A DNA stretch of 64,000 nt from an uncultured Planctomycetaceae bacterium (GTDB lineage Bacteria > Planctomycetota > UBA1135 > GCA-002686595), in contig CAYPTB010000058.1 in assembly GCA_964413535.1 (NCBI GenBank), positions 1 through 64,000 on the forward strand, in the 5' to 3' direction. The notes beneath the pieces were generated by a model. It saw nothing but the letters and a program-made list of their open reading frames with translations. It did no database searches and was not told the DNA's origin. This document shows, in pieces, positions 16,983 through 25,812 of the stretch. The translations under genes were made by a program, and so were the position numbers. Position 1 is the stretch's first letter. Each line of letters begins with the position of its first letter.

Positions 16983-18815
16983 TTACAGCTCGTCGAGCGT
17001 CGCCACGCGGCCCTCGTTGGCTTCCTCGAGCCATGCCATGAGCGGCTCGAAGTAGCGCAGCATCGGCTTCGCCGACAGGTCGCTGCCGGTCTTCGCGCGC
17101 AGGAGCTCGCGCCAGTCGACCGTCATGCCGGGCGCGAGGATCGAGTGCAGGAACTCGCCCACGTCCTTGCGGCCGTAGTAGTTCGTGTCGCGCGGATCCT
17201 CGTGCAGGATCTTGGTCGCGATGTGGTCGTGGAGCTGGAAGAGCAGCACGTAGGAGAGTGCGTAGTCGTAGTAGCCCGCCGGATCGTCGTTGACGTGCGT
17301 CTTCGTCGCGGCGTCGCAGAACTTCTCGCCGCGCGGCTCGGGCGGGGCGATGCCCTGGTACTTCGCGACGAGCTCCCACCAGCGCGCGTTCCAGCGCTCG
17401 CTCGGGAGCTCGTCCGCGTAGAGCTCCTTCTCGAAGTGGAACATCGTGCCCGTGGACCACGGGATGAACACCACGTAGTTCAGCGCCGACTGGAGCAGGA
17501 GCTGCATCGGGTCGGACTTCGGCCCATCCTCCGCCGCACCGAGCCCCACGGCCGCGGCGAAGCGCGGCTGCATGGCGGCGAGTCCCATGAGCGAGCCGAT
17601 GCCCTCGTGGTAGGCGCGGTTCGCGCCCTCGCGCAAGAGCAGCGGCACGCCCGGCCGCGAGTAGGAGAGGTAGTAGTAGATGTGCCCGAGCTCGTGGTGC
17701 GTCGTCTCGTACCACTCCGTGTCGGGCACGACGCTCATCAGCGAGCGCACGTCGCGCTCGAAGTCCATGTGCCAGGCCGAGGCGTGCGTGTTCTTCTTGT
17801 AGTCGGCGCCCGCGGGCAACGGATAGAGCGACGACTTCTCCCAGAAGACGGGCGGCAGCGGCTCGAAGCCGAGGCTCACGTAGAAGCGCTCGGCTTGCTT
17901 CACGAGCCACTCGGCGCCCTTGGCCTCGAGCGCCGGGTCCAGGTCGAAGCCGGGCACGTCCACGAGCGCGCTCCAGTCCTGGCCCCAGCGATTGGGGAGC
18001 CAGTGGGCGGGGATCAGGTCCGGCACGGGCTCTCCGTAGCGCTGCGCGAGCTCGTGGCGTGCATAGGTGTGCAGCTCGCGGAAGAGCGGGCGCAGCTCGC
18101 GGTTGAGCCCGTCGATCTGCGCGGCGAGCTCGGCCGTCGTCATGCCGTACTCGCTCGCCATGTAGGAGAAGAAGTCGGGATAGCCGAGCGCGCGCACGCA
18201 TTCGTTGCGCAGGCGCTGCAAATCGACGAGGCCCGCGCGCAGCCCCACGCCGACCTGCTTCGAGGCTTCCCACACCGCGCGGCGTTGCGCGGGGTCCGTC
18301 TCCTCGCGCAGCGCCGCGTCGATCGCGTTGGGGGTGATCTCCGCGTCCCCGAGCGTGAAGGTGAAGCCGTACAGCTTCTCGGTCTGCTCCGTCTCGGCCG
18401 CGATGCGCGCCTTCACGACTTCCGGCACGGTCTGCGGGTTGTCGCCCGCCAGGAACAGGACGCGCTCGAGCTGGCGCGCCTCGAGGTCCGTGAGCTCCTC
18501 CTTCGCCGCGAGGAAGCCGCGCGCCGCCTCGATGTTCGCGACGCTGCCGGTGAACTCGGCCAGCGCTTCGTCGGCGGCCTGCGTGCGCTCGGCGTTGGTC
18601 GTGTCGCCCTCGACGATGTGCGTGTTCGACGCCCACTGCGCTTCGCCCGAAGCGGTCGCGAGCTCCTGGTACGTCTCGCTGTACGCCTCGAGGAACTCCC
18701 CAACGTCGCGCGGCGAGTCGCTCGCCGCGCGGGAGCCGAGCGCCGTGCACCCGAGGGGGAGCGCGGCGAGGACGAGGGCGAGCAGGGACGACGGGATCAG
18801 CTCGATGGGGCGCAT
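16983..18815 (-). CDS. M2 family metallopeptidase (angiotensin-converting-enzyme-like peptidyl-dipeptidase), secreted or lipoprotein
   Basis: The signal/lipobox is ALPLGC. HHELGHIYYY is the HEXXH zinc motif in M2-like context, with a downstream EGANRAYHEG. The length of 610 aa fits bacterial ACE homologs. Confidence 0.8.
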   Translation of the reverse strand: MRPIELIPSSLLALVLAALPLGCTALGSRAASDSPRDVGEFLEAYSETYQELATASGEAQWASNTHIVEGDTTNAERTQAADEALAEFTGSVANIEAARGFLAAKEELTDLEARQLERVLFLAGDNPQTVPEVVKARIAAETEQTEKLYGFTFTLGDAEITPNAIDAALREETDPAQRRAVWEASKQVGVGLRAGLVDLQRLRNECVRALGYPDFFSYMASEYGMTTAELAAQIDGLNRELRPLFRELHTYARHELAQRYGEPVPDLIPAHWLPNRWGQDWSALVDVPGFDLDPALEAKGAEWLVKQAERFYVSLGFEPLPPVFWEKSSLYPLPAGADYKKNTHASAWHMDFERDVRSLMSVVPDTEWYETTHHELGHIYYYLSYSRPGVPLLLREGANRAYHEGIGSLMGLAAMQPRFAAAVGLGAAEDGPKSDPMQLLLQSALNYVVFIPWSTGTMFHFEKELYADELPSERWNARWWELVAKYQGIAPPEPRGEKFCDAATKTHVNDDPAGYYDYALSYVLLFQLHDHIATKILHEDPRDTNYYGRKDVGEFLHSILAPGMTVDWRELLRAKTGSDLSAKPMLRYFEPLMAWLEEANEGRVATLDEL

Positions 18816-18935
18816 CCGACCAGAGTAATCGGCTCGACCCCTCCGGCTCGCATCGGATCTGTAAGCGCTGCAAGAACGGCGACGCGGGCGAGCGCATCCT
18901 CCGCGAGAGCGGAGGGCCGCGTGGCCGCGCGACCT

Positions 18936-20648
18936 TCAGACGGCGCTGCGCCCGAACTCGACCGGAGACCGCGCACAGGCTCTCCATCCGCGCTCGCGCA
19001 GGCGAGCGAACGAGCTCCCGCTCGCGCGCGCGAGGATGTGGCGCGCGGGCGCGCTCGCCGCGGAGCGTTCGATCGCGAGCCCGAGGTCCTCGGCCACCTC
19101 GGCCGCGGCCATGGCGCCGGTCGCTGCTCCACCCTCCATGAAGCCCTGCGCGTCGAGGCTCGTGTGCTCGCCGCAGAAGTGCAGGTTCCCCGCGCGCTCG
19201 ATCTCCGCGCCGCAGAACGCCGTGTACTGGCCGACCCGGTAGCTCGCGTACGCGCCGCGCGTGAGCGGATGGCTCGGCCAGTGCATGCGCACGTGCCTCG
19301 CGTTCGACGCGGCGCCGACACCGGCGAAGACGCGCTCGTACCCGCCCAGGAAGGCCTGCATCTGGTCCGCCGAGCTTCTCGCGCCCAGGGCGCGAGCGTG
19401 CTCGCCGCCCGTGAAGTTCGTGACGATGCCCGCCGCGCCCGGCTGCAGGCGGCTCGTCTCCCACGCGCACTGGAACGGCAGGTCCGTGAAGACCTCGCCG
19501 TTCGAGCCCTGCGCGCGCCAGACCCGCGTCCGAAAGCCCGTCATGAGCTTCGCGTTCATCCCGAGGTCGAGCTCTGCGATCGCGCGGCGTTTGACGTCGG
19601 AGAGCTCGAGATCGAGCCGCACTTCGCGCAGCATCGTGAAGGGGATCGCGCACACGACGTGCTCGGCCGTCTCGTCGAAGGTCGCGCCGTCGCGCTCGAA
19701 CGCCGCCACCAGCCGTCCGTCCGCTGCGCGCCGCAGCGCGACGAGCCGGCAGCCGGTGCGCAGGCTCCCGGGCGCGAGCCGCCGCGCGAGCTCGGCCGTG
19801 ATCGCGTCGTTGCCGCCCACCACGCGGTAGCGCTCGTCGGACTCGCCGAACATCTCGAAGCGCGCGAGGTCGGTCGAGATCATGAGCAGCAGGTTGAGCG
19901 CGCTCGAGACGTCCGTCTCCAGGCCGTACTCCGTCACGTAGGCGACGTCGAGGAACGCGCGCATCGCTCCCGATGCACCGATCGAGTCGAGCCACTCGCG
20001 GATCGACGTGCGGTCGAGCGCCGCTCCGCCGTTCGGCGCGCGGTAGGTGACGGCGAGCTCCGGATCGTCGAGCGTTGCGAGCGCCGCGTCGATGCGCCCG
20101 GCGATCGGCGCGAACTCGACGAGCAACTCGGCGAGCGAGAAGCGGCGCCCGCCGAGGAACGCGATCGCCGTCTCGAGCGACGGATCGTCCGTGCGGAAGT
20201 CCGCCAGCGCGAGCTCGAACTCCTGCGCGAGGTCGTGCATCGTGCGGTGCGGCGTGTCGACGAGCTCGCCGCCGAGCTCGCAGTCCTGCGAGCCGAACGT
20301 GACGCGATCGGTGAGCATGCGTCCGCCCGAACGCGGGGAAGCCTCGTACACGTCCGCGCGCACCCCGAGCTCCCCCAACCGATACGCGCAATGCAGTCCG
20401 GCCACCCCCGCTCCCACGACGATCACGCGCGCACCGGCACGGACGCGCGCGCCGCTCCCCCGCTGCGACGCGCAGCCGCCGACCAGGAGCGCCCCCGCCG
20501 CCGCTCCGACCGTCTTCAGGAAGCGCCGCCGATCGAGCGCTGCGCGCCGCCGCTCCGCGTACTCGAGCAGCGGGACGCCGGAGCGGGACGCGCCGCGTGC
20601 CGTGCGCGCGGCCTCGAGCAGGAGCCGCGTCAGGGGCTGATGGGGCAT
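18936..20648 (-). CDS. FAD-dependent amine oxidase (flavin monoamine oxidase family) with a twin-arginine (Tat) signal
   Basis: The Tat motif is DRRRFLKTVGAAAGALLVGGCAS. The Rossmann motif is VIVVGAGVAGLHCAYRL. Amine-oxidase similarity runs throughout. The start is ATG at 20648 (MPHQPL); ATG at 20684 is an alternative. The 260 codons upstream in the track ORF are Arg-rich artefact. Confidence 0.75.
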   Translation of the reverse strand: MPHQPLTRLLLEAARTARGASRSGVPLLEYAERRRAALDRRRFLKTVGAAAGALLVGGCASQRGSGARVRAGARVIVVGAGVAGLHCAYRLGELGVRADVYEASPRSGGRMLTDRVTFGSQDCELGGELVDTPHRTMHDLAQEFELALADFRTDDPSLETAIAFLGGRRFSLAELLVEFAPIAGRIDAALATLDDPELAVTYRAPNGGAALDRTSIREWLDSIGASGAMRAFLDVAYVTEYGLETDVSSALNLLLMISTDLARFEMFGESDERYRVVGGNDAITAELARRLAPGSLRTGCRLVALRRAADGRLVAAFERDGATFDETAEHVVCAIPFTMLREVRLDLELSDVKRRAIAELDLGMNAKLMTGFRTRVWRAQGSNGEVFTDLPFQCAWETSRLQPGAAGIVTNFTGGEHARALGARSSADQMQAFLGGYERVFAGVGAASNARHVRMHWPSHPLTRGAYASYRVGQYTAFCGAEIERAGNLHFCGEHTSLDAQGFMEGGAATGAMAAAEVAEDLGLAIERSAASAPARHILARASGSSFARLRERGWRACARSPVEFGRSAV

Positions 20649-20737
20649 GCGCGGGAGCTTCGCATCTCCGCGAGCGCGCGTCATGACCCCCGTCGACGCC
20701 AGTAGGAGTCGAGAGCGATTTCCGGCGCGCTCAGCCG

Positions 20738-21145
20738 TCAACCGGCGTCGTGCGGCTCTTCCTCGGGAACCTGCGTGCGCCACACGACGCGCCAGCCTCC
20801 GTCGCCCTTCCCCAGCACGAGCAGATCGCAGCCTCCTTCGTCGTGGATCGTCTCGCCGATCCCGTAGCGCACCCGGAACGCGAGCCGCGCCACGGCCGTC
20901 GCGCCGAACACGTCGATCGCGAGGTCCTGCACCTCGAACGCGAGCGTGCGGGCCAGCTCGACGTACTGCCGGTAGCTCTCGACCACTGCCTCGCGCCCGA
21001 CGATGCGCCGCGCTCCGCCGGGAGCGACCAGCACGGCGTTCTCGTCGAAGAACGCACCGAGGTCCTCGATCCGCTCCGCGAGCCACGCGTCGTTGAGGGC
21101 GCGCACGAGCGCTTCGACCGCCGCTCGATCGTCCGTTTGCTCCAC
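20738..21145 (-). CDS. SnoaL-like / NTF2-like (DUF4440-type) small protein
   Basis: AAVEALVRALNDAWLAERIEDLGAFFDENAVLVAPGG...GGWRVVWRTQ follows the NTF2-fold pattern. The start is placed at GTG 21145, which sits 6 nt after aggaaGGAG. Confidence 0.55.
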   Translation of the reverse strand: MEQTDDRAAVEALVRALNDAWLAERIEDLGAFFDENAVLVAPGGARRIVGREAVVESYRQYVELARTLAFEVQDLAIDVFGATAVARLAFRVRYGIGETIHDEGGCDLLVLGKGDGGWRVVWRTQVPEEEPHDAG

Positions 21146-21390
21146 GCCCGCTCCTTCCTCTTTCGACCCTGTCACGAGGTCCTGGCGCGGCCGCGACCAG
21201 CCGTGCACGCAGGCGCGACGCTCCAGATCGTAGCGCCCCGCCCCATTCCGCAGCAGGCGGCACCGCGAGCCCGGCCGCGTCGCGAGACGCGCACGCGCGT
21301 GCTCGCATCCGAGCTCTTGGTTTCATTCGACGAATCGCACTCGCGGCCCTAGGGTTGGGGCTCGTCCCACCCACCACCCCAGGAGCCACC

Positions 21391-21873
21391 GTGCAGATCA
21401 CCAAGCATTCCGTCGCGACCATCACGTACACGCTCACCGACGACGACGGGGCGGTGATCGACGCGTCCGAAGAATCCGAGCCGATGGCCTACGTGCACGG
21501 CACCGGCTCGCTCGTTCCCGGGCTCGAGTCCGCGCTCGAGGGCAAGCGCCGCGGCGACGCCTTCAAGATCCGCATCCTGCCCGAGGACGCCTACGGCGAG
21601 CGCGACGCCACGATGGTGCACGACGTCCCACGCAGCGACCTGCCCGCCGAGTCCGACATCCAGGTCGGCATGCAGTTCCAGGCCCGGAACGAAGCCGAAG
21701 CCTTCGTCGTGACGGTCACCGACATCGTCGGCGACAAGGTGCGCCTCGACGCGAACCACCCGCTCGCCGGCATCCCCCTCAACTTCGACGTCAAGGTCGT
21801 CGACGTCCGCAGCGCCACCTCCGAAGAGATCCAACACGGCCACGTCCACGGCCCGGACGACCACCACCACTAG
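21391..21873 (+). CDS. slyD: FKBP-type peptidyl-prolyl cis-trans isomerase SlyD with a His-rich metal-binding tail
   Basis: VQITKHSVATITYTLTDDDGAVIDASEESEPMAYVHGTGSLVPGLESALEGKRRGDAFKI has FKBP plus IF-domain architecture. The C-terminus is HGHVHGPDDHHH. The start is GTG at 21391, 5 nt after AGGAG. Confidence 0.85.
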   Translation: MQITKHSVATITYTLTDDDGAVIDASEESEPMAYVHGTGSLVPGLESALEGKRRGDAFKIRILPEDAYGERDATMVHDVPRSDLPAESDIQVGMQFQARNEAEAFVVTVTDIVGDKVRLDANHPLAGIPLNFDVKVVDVRSATSEEIQHGHVHGPDDHHH

Positions 21874-21896
21874 GCTTGCTGGAAGGACGAGCTTCC

Positions 21897-22079
21897 ATGC
21901 GCAAAGTCGAGGTCCTCCGCACGCGTTGTCCCGTGTGCCACGGCGCAGCCTTTTCCCGGGACGGATCGACCGCTCTGCTCTTCGTCTGCGCATGGCTCCT
22001 GCCGCCGTTCTCGTGGCTCCTCTTCCTGCTGAACCCGAACGTCGTCTGCGACGTGTGCGGGATCCGCTGGAAGAAGTGA
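21897..22079 (+). CDS. Small (60 aa) CxxC...CxxC zinc-ribbon-like protein with a hydrophobic core segment
   Basis: MRKVEVLRTRCPVCHGAAFSRDGSTALLFVCAWLLPPFSWLLFLLNPNVVCDVCGIRWKK. The start is 24 nt after the slyD stop, with ggaagga upstream. Confidence 0.45.
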   Translation: MRKVEVLRTRCPVCHGAAFSRDGSTALLFVCAWLLPPFSWLLFLLNPNVVCDVCGIRWKK

Positions 22080-22369
22080 GCGACGCGCGGCTCGATGCTC
22101 CGCTCGCGCTCGGACCGGGGGAGACGACCTGGGAGCGCGACCTGGCCGCCGGCCGCATCGAAGGCCGCTCGCCGCCGGAGCTGCTCGATCCCACGTCCGC
22201 GATCGACTTCACGTGGGCGGACGCGCACGGGCTCCGCGTGAGGGTCTCCGTCTGGCCGCGCGCGGACGGGACGTTCGAGGCGCCGCTGTTCCCCGCCGGC
22301 ACGGCCGACGTCGCCTATCGTTTGCGCGGCGGCGACAGGGGCACGAGCGCGGTGCTGTCGATCCCCTGA
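22076..22369 (+). CDS. Hypothetical protein (97 aa). Its GTGA start overlaps the stop of the preceding small gene.
   Basis: The GTG at 22076 overlaps TGA at 22077-22079. The protein VSDARLDAPLALGPGETTWERDLAAGRIEGRSPPELLDP... has non-Arg-biased composition. Confidence 0.35.
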   Translation: MSDARLDAPLALGPGETTWERDLAAGRIEGRSPPELLDPTSAIDFTWADAHGLRVRVSVWPRADGTFEAPLFPAGTADVAYRLRGGDRGTSAVLSIP

Positions 22370-22426
22370 TAGGGATGCCCCGTCAGGGGCCGGACGTCGG
22401 CCGCGTTCGCGTAGTCTGGGGCTCCC

Positions 22427-23422
22427 ATGCGCGAGCTCCTCGAGCCCTTCGTCGACGCCGGTGCGCGGCCGCAGCACGTCGAGCGCGTCGTGCGCGTGTG
22501 GCTCGCGGGTGGGGGCGTCGCGCGCGAGAGTCCCGAGCGGCGTCTCTCGTTCTCCAAAGCGCTGCGCGCGGCGCTCGACGAACTCGAGACGCGACTCGAG
22601 CGCGTCGCCGAGGTCGTGTCCGAGCATCCCGGCGCGGACGGCGGCGAGCGATTGCTCCTGCGCCTCGCGGACGGCAAGAGCGTGGAGAGCGTGCTCCTGC
22701 CGCGCGACGGCGTGTGCGTCTCGACGCAAGTCGGCTGCGCGGTCGGCTGCACGTTCTGCATGACGGGCGTCGGCGGGCTCGAGCGGCAGCTCTCGAGCGC
22801 CGAGATCCTGGCGCAGGTCGTTCAGGCGCGCCGCCGCCGCCGGCTACGGCGCGTCGTGCTGATGGGCATGGGCGAGCCGTCGCACAACCTGCCCGCGGTG
22901 CTCGAAGCCTTGACCTACCTCGGACACGCCGGCGGCTTCGGCCACAAGGAGCTCGTGTTCTCGACCGTCGGCGAGCCACGCGTCTTCGAGCGGCTCCGCG
23001 CGAACGCCGTCAAGCCGGCGCTCGCGCTCTCGCTGCACACGACCGACCGCGCCAAACGCGAAGCCCTCCTGCCGCGCGCGCCGAAGGTCGAGCCGCGCGA
23101 GCTCCTCGAGTGCGCCCTCGACTACGCCGCGCGCACGGGCCACCCGCTGCAGCTCCAGTGGACGCTGCTGGCCGGCGTGAACGACGGCGACGACGAGCTC
23201 GAGCGCCTCGTCCCCTGGCTGCGCGGCCGCCGCGCGATCGTGAACTTCATCCCCTACAACCGAGTCGAGGCCTTCGCGCACGCGAGCACGTCGCCCGAGC
23301 GCGCGCCGGAGCTCGTGCGCACCCTGCGCGCGAACGGCATCCTCGCCAAGCTGCGCCTCTCCGTCGCGAGCGACGTCGACGGCGCCTGCGGCCAGCTCCG
23401 CGCGCGCCTGCAGCCGTCGTAG
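22427..23422 (+). CDS. rlmN: Radical SAM rRNA/tRNA methyltransferase, RlmN/Cfr family (short form)
   Basis: STQVGCAVGCTFCMTG carries the CX3CX2C cluster. MGMGEPSHN and the C-terminal conserved Cys context (DGACGQL) are present. The length is 331 aa. Confidence 0.8.
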   Translation: MRELLEPFVDAGARPQHVERVVRVWLAGGGVARESPERRLSFSKALRAALDELETRLERVAEVVSEHPGADGGERLLLRLADGKSVESVLLPRDGVCVSTQVGCAVGCTFCMTGVGGLERQLSSAEILAQVVQARRRRRLRRVVLMGMGEPSHNLPAVLEALTYLGHAGGFGHKELVFSTVGEPRVFERLRANAVKPALALSLHTTDRAKREALLPRAPKVEPRELLECALDYAARTGHPLQLQWTLLAGVNDGDDELERLVPWLRGRRAIVNFIPYNRVEAFAHASTSPERAPELVRTLRANGILAKLRLSVASDVDGACGQLRARLQPS

Positions 23423-23730
23423 CGCGCAGGCGAATCGCCAAGCAGACGGCAATCTGGTGCATCGGACTGGGAGCACGGCAAACGCCCTCGCGCCGGAGCA
23501 CGCTCCCGACGCCGAAGCGCCGTCACTCCGAACACGGCGGTCAGGGCCGCCACGACCACACCGAACTCGTTCTTCTGCACGCCGAGCACCTCCGGGCCCC
23601 TGAACGAACGAGGGGTGCCCCGGGATTCGACGAGTTCGAGTTCTTGGACCTCGCGCTCTCGCCGCGGTCGGTCCTGAGCGCGAACGAAGCGCGCGATCAC
23701 CAAGAGCCGAGGCCTTGCGACGTCGTGCGC

Positions 23731-23756
23731 GGGCGCGCGGGTTCGACCGCGCGCCC
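23731..23756 (-). terminator. GC-rich perfect hairpin downstream of the DEAD-box helicase stop (candidate intrinsic terminator)
   Basis: gggcgcgcgg-gttcga-ccgcgcgccc is a 10-bp perfect stem with a 6-nt loop. It lies about 30 nt downstream of the helicase stop on the transcript strand. It has no U-tract, which is common in high-GC genomes. Confidence 0.3.
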
Positions 23757-23785
23757 CGATCCAAGCGCTCGCTAGCGCGTCGCTG

Positions 23786-25366
23786 TCAGAACGTTCCGCG
23801 GATGCTGCCGCCGCCACGGCCGCGGCGGCCACTGCCGCCGCCACCGCTGCGCGGAGCGCCGCCGTTGCGGGCTTCGGGCGGTCGGCTCGCGTTGTTGGCG
23901 GGCGTGCGGCTCGACTCGTTGCGCTGCGAGACGTGGGCGGATCCGCCGCGCTTCCCGGCGTTGTTCGACGAACGCTGGCGCGCTCCGCCGGAGCTGGCGG
24001 GATGGGCGGCCTGCCCACGCGGTGCCGATCCGCGTTCGCCTCCGGACGAGCGTGACGTCGACGGCGTCGTCCCGTTGGCCTTGGCGCGGCGCGCCGCGGC
24101 GCGCGGGGTGTCGGCGCGGGCTCGACTGCGTCCGGGCTTCGCCCGGCCGTTGCTCGTGCGCGAGGCACCGCGGCCCGCCTTCGCGCTCAGGCGCTCGCCG
24201 ACCGCGGTCGACGATTCCTCGAAGCCCTCGACGAAGCGTCGTTCGATCGACGACCCGAGCTTGCGCTCGATGTCGCGCACGGCTTCGCCGTCGGCCCTCG
24301 TCACGAAGGTGCAGGCCTTGCCGGTGAGCTCCGCGCGGCCGGTGCGGCCGATGCGGTGGGTGTAGGCGTCGGGCGTGTTGGGCACGTCGAAGTTGATGAC
24401 GTGCGAGATGCCGGCGACGTCGATGCCGCGCGCGGCGATGTCCGTCGCCACGAGGACGTCGTACGTGCCCGCGCGGAAGCCGGACATGGCTCGGTCGCGC
24501 TGGGGCTGCGACATGTTGCCCTGCAGGGCCACGGCGTTGTGGCCCGCGCGGGCGAGGCGATCGGCCAGCCGTTTCGTGCGGTGCTTCGTGCGCAGGAAGA
24601 CGATGGCCGACTTGAAGTCGTCGCCGGCCAAGAGGTGGCAGAGCAAATCGATCTTGCGCTCCTCGCCGACGGGGTAGAGCGCGTGCTCGATCGTCGACGC
24701 GGGCATCCCGTGATTGAGCTCGACGACGTGCGGCTGAACGAGGATCCGATCGGCCAGCCCGCGGATCTCCTTCGGCATCGTGGCCGAGAAGAGCAGGTTC
24801 TGACGCTTCCTGGGCAGCGCGGCGAGGATCTTCTTGATGCTCGGCAGGAAGCCCATGTCGAACATGTGGTCGGCTTCGTCGAGCACGAGCACCTCGATCC
24901 GATCGAGCCGCGCCTCGCGCTGCTCGTACAGGTCGAGCAAGCGACCGGGGCAAGCGATGATCACGTCGGGTTGGCGCCGCAACGCGCGCACCTGCGCCGC
25001 CTGCGACACGCCGCCGAAGATCGTCGTGGACGTGGCCGCGGTGAACTGGCCGAGGAGCGAGAACTCCGCCTGGATCTGCGACGCGAGTTCGCGCGTGGGA
25101 GCGACGATCAGCGCGCGCGGACCTGGTTTGCGCTCGCCCGAGAGGCGTTGGAGGATCGGCAGCGCGAAGGCCGCGGTCTTGCCCGTGCCGGTCTGCGCCA
25201 AGCCGAGCACGTCGCGGCCCTGGAGCACCGCGGGGATGGTCTCGAGCTGGATCGGGCGAGGTTCGGTGAAGCCTGCGGCTTCGATTCCTCGTTGGATGTC
25301 GGGGCGGAGGGGGAACTGTTGGAAACCGGCCTTGGACCGGTGAGCGAGTGTCGTGTCGATGAGAAT
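23786..25366 (-). CDS. rhlE: DEAD-box ATP-dependent RNA helicase (RhlE-like) with a C-terminal RGG/Gly-Arg-rich tail. The 5' end is uncertain: no canonical start covers the Q-motif.
   Basis: Motifs AQTGTGKT, DEAD, SAT and HRIGRTGRA are present, and the C-terminus is RGG-rich. The track ORF starts at GTG 25228, inside the conserved N-terminal region. The in-frame upstream translation ILIDTTLAHRSKAGFQQFPLRPDIQRGIEAAGFTEPRPIQLETIPAV is a clear Q-motif. It contains no ATG/GTG/TTG back to the stop at 25406-25408. The 25366 boundary assumes an ATT start (ILID...). Confidence 0.8.
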   Translation of the reverse strand: MLIDTTLAHRSKAGFQQFPLRPDIQRGIEAAGFTEPRPIQLETIPAVLQGRDVLGLAQTGTGKTAAFALPILQRLSGERKPGPRALIVAPTRELASQIQAEFSLLGQFTAATSTTIFGGVSQAAQVRALRRQPDVIIACPGRLLDLYEQREARLDRIEVLVLDEADHMFDMGFLPSIKKILAALPRKRQNLLFSATMPKEIRGLADRILVQPHVVELNHGMPASTIEHALYPVGEERKIDLLCHLLAGDDFKSAIVFLRTKHRTKRLADRLARAGHNAVALQGNMSQPQRDRAMSGFRAGTYDVLVATDIAARGIDVAGISHVINFDVPNTPDAYTHRIGRTGRAELTGKACTFVTRADGEAVRDIERKLGSSIERRFVEGFEESSTAVGERLSAKAGRGASRTSNGRAKPGRSRARADTPRAAARRAKANGTTPSTSRSSGGERGSAPRGQAAHPASSGGARQRSSNNAGKRGGSAHVSQRNESSRTPANNASRPPEARNGGAPRSGGGGSGRRGRGGGSIRGTF

Positions 25367-25812
25367 GGGTCTTCTGGTGGCGCGTCGCGCTTGGGGCGGA
25401 CGCGGTCACCCTGCTTCGGACCCATACAACAGCGACGGGCTCGAGAAGGGTTTGGAAGGCGCGACCCCGCTTGGAGACCAGGGGATCCTGCTGTGCGCCT
25501 CGGCCACGCTCTGCGCGGGCCTTCGATCGCTCCCAGGGTTGCGAGCCTCGCCGTCCATCAGGAAGGCGCGCTCTCCCACGAAGCGAGCTTGCACAAGCTA
25601 GTCGACCGGAGGGGCGAGCGCCAGGAGAGATTCCTTCGCGCAGGCAGAAGTTCGTGCCGCGGACGTGCTTCTTCGAGCCGCCTGGCCCGTCGCCGGAGCG
25701 CGGGGGTGGGTGAGGAGCCTCGATTCCGTTGCTCTCGCGCGGCGACGGGCGGACCGGCGAGGACGAGGCTCATCGCCCGCTCGAGGCCGATCCGTGCTGC
25801 ACGAGGACACGC

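Noticed and set aside
14505-20705. Very long ORFs 14505-16937(-), 16786-20391(-, 1201 aa), 16926-20705(+, 1259 aa)
   Set aside because: These are antisense or off-frame to the CM-PDT-DAHPS, M2 peptidase and amine oxidase genes. Composition is dominated by R/A/G/P and there are no recognisable motifs.
20738-21208. Full-length 156-aa version of the SnoaL-like ORF starting at ATG 21208
   Set aside because: The first 21 codons are not conserved-looking. A GTG with a good SD (aggaaGGAG) at 21145 precedes the NTF2-like core, so the shorter gene is preferred.
22213-23775. 520-aa ORF overlapping the RlmN-like gene
   Set aside because: It is off-frame and Arg/Ala-rich. The RlmN-like frame carries the CX3CX2C radical SAM motif.
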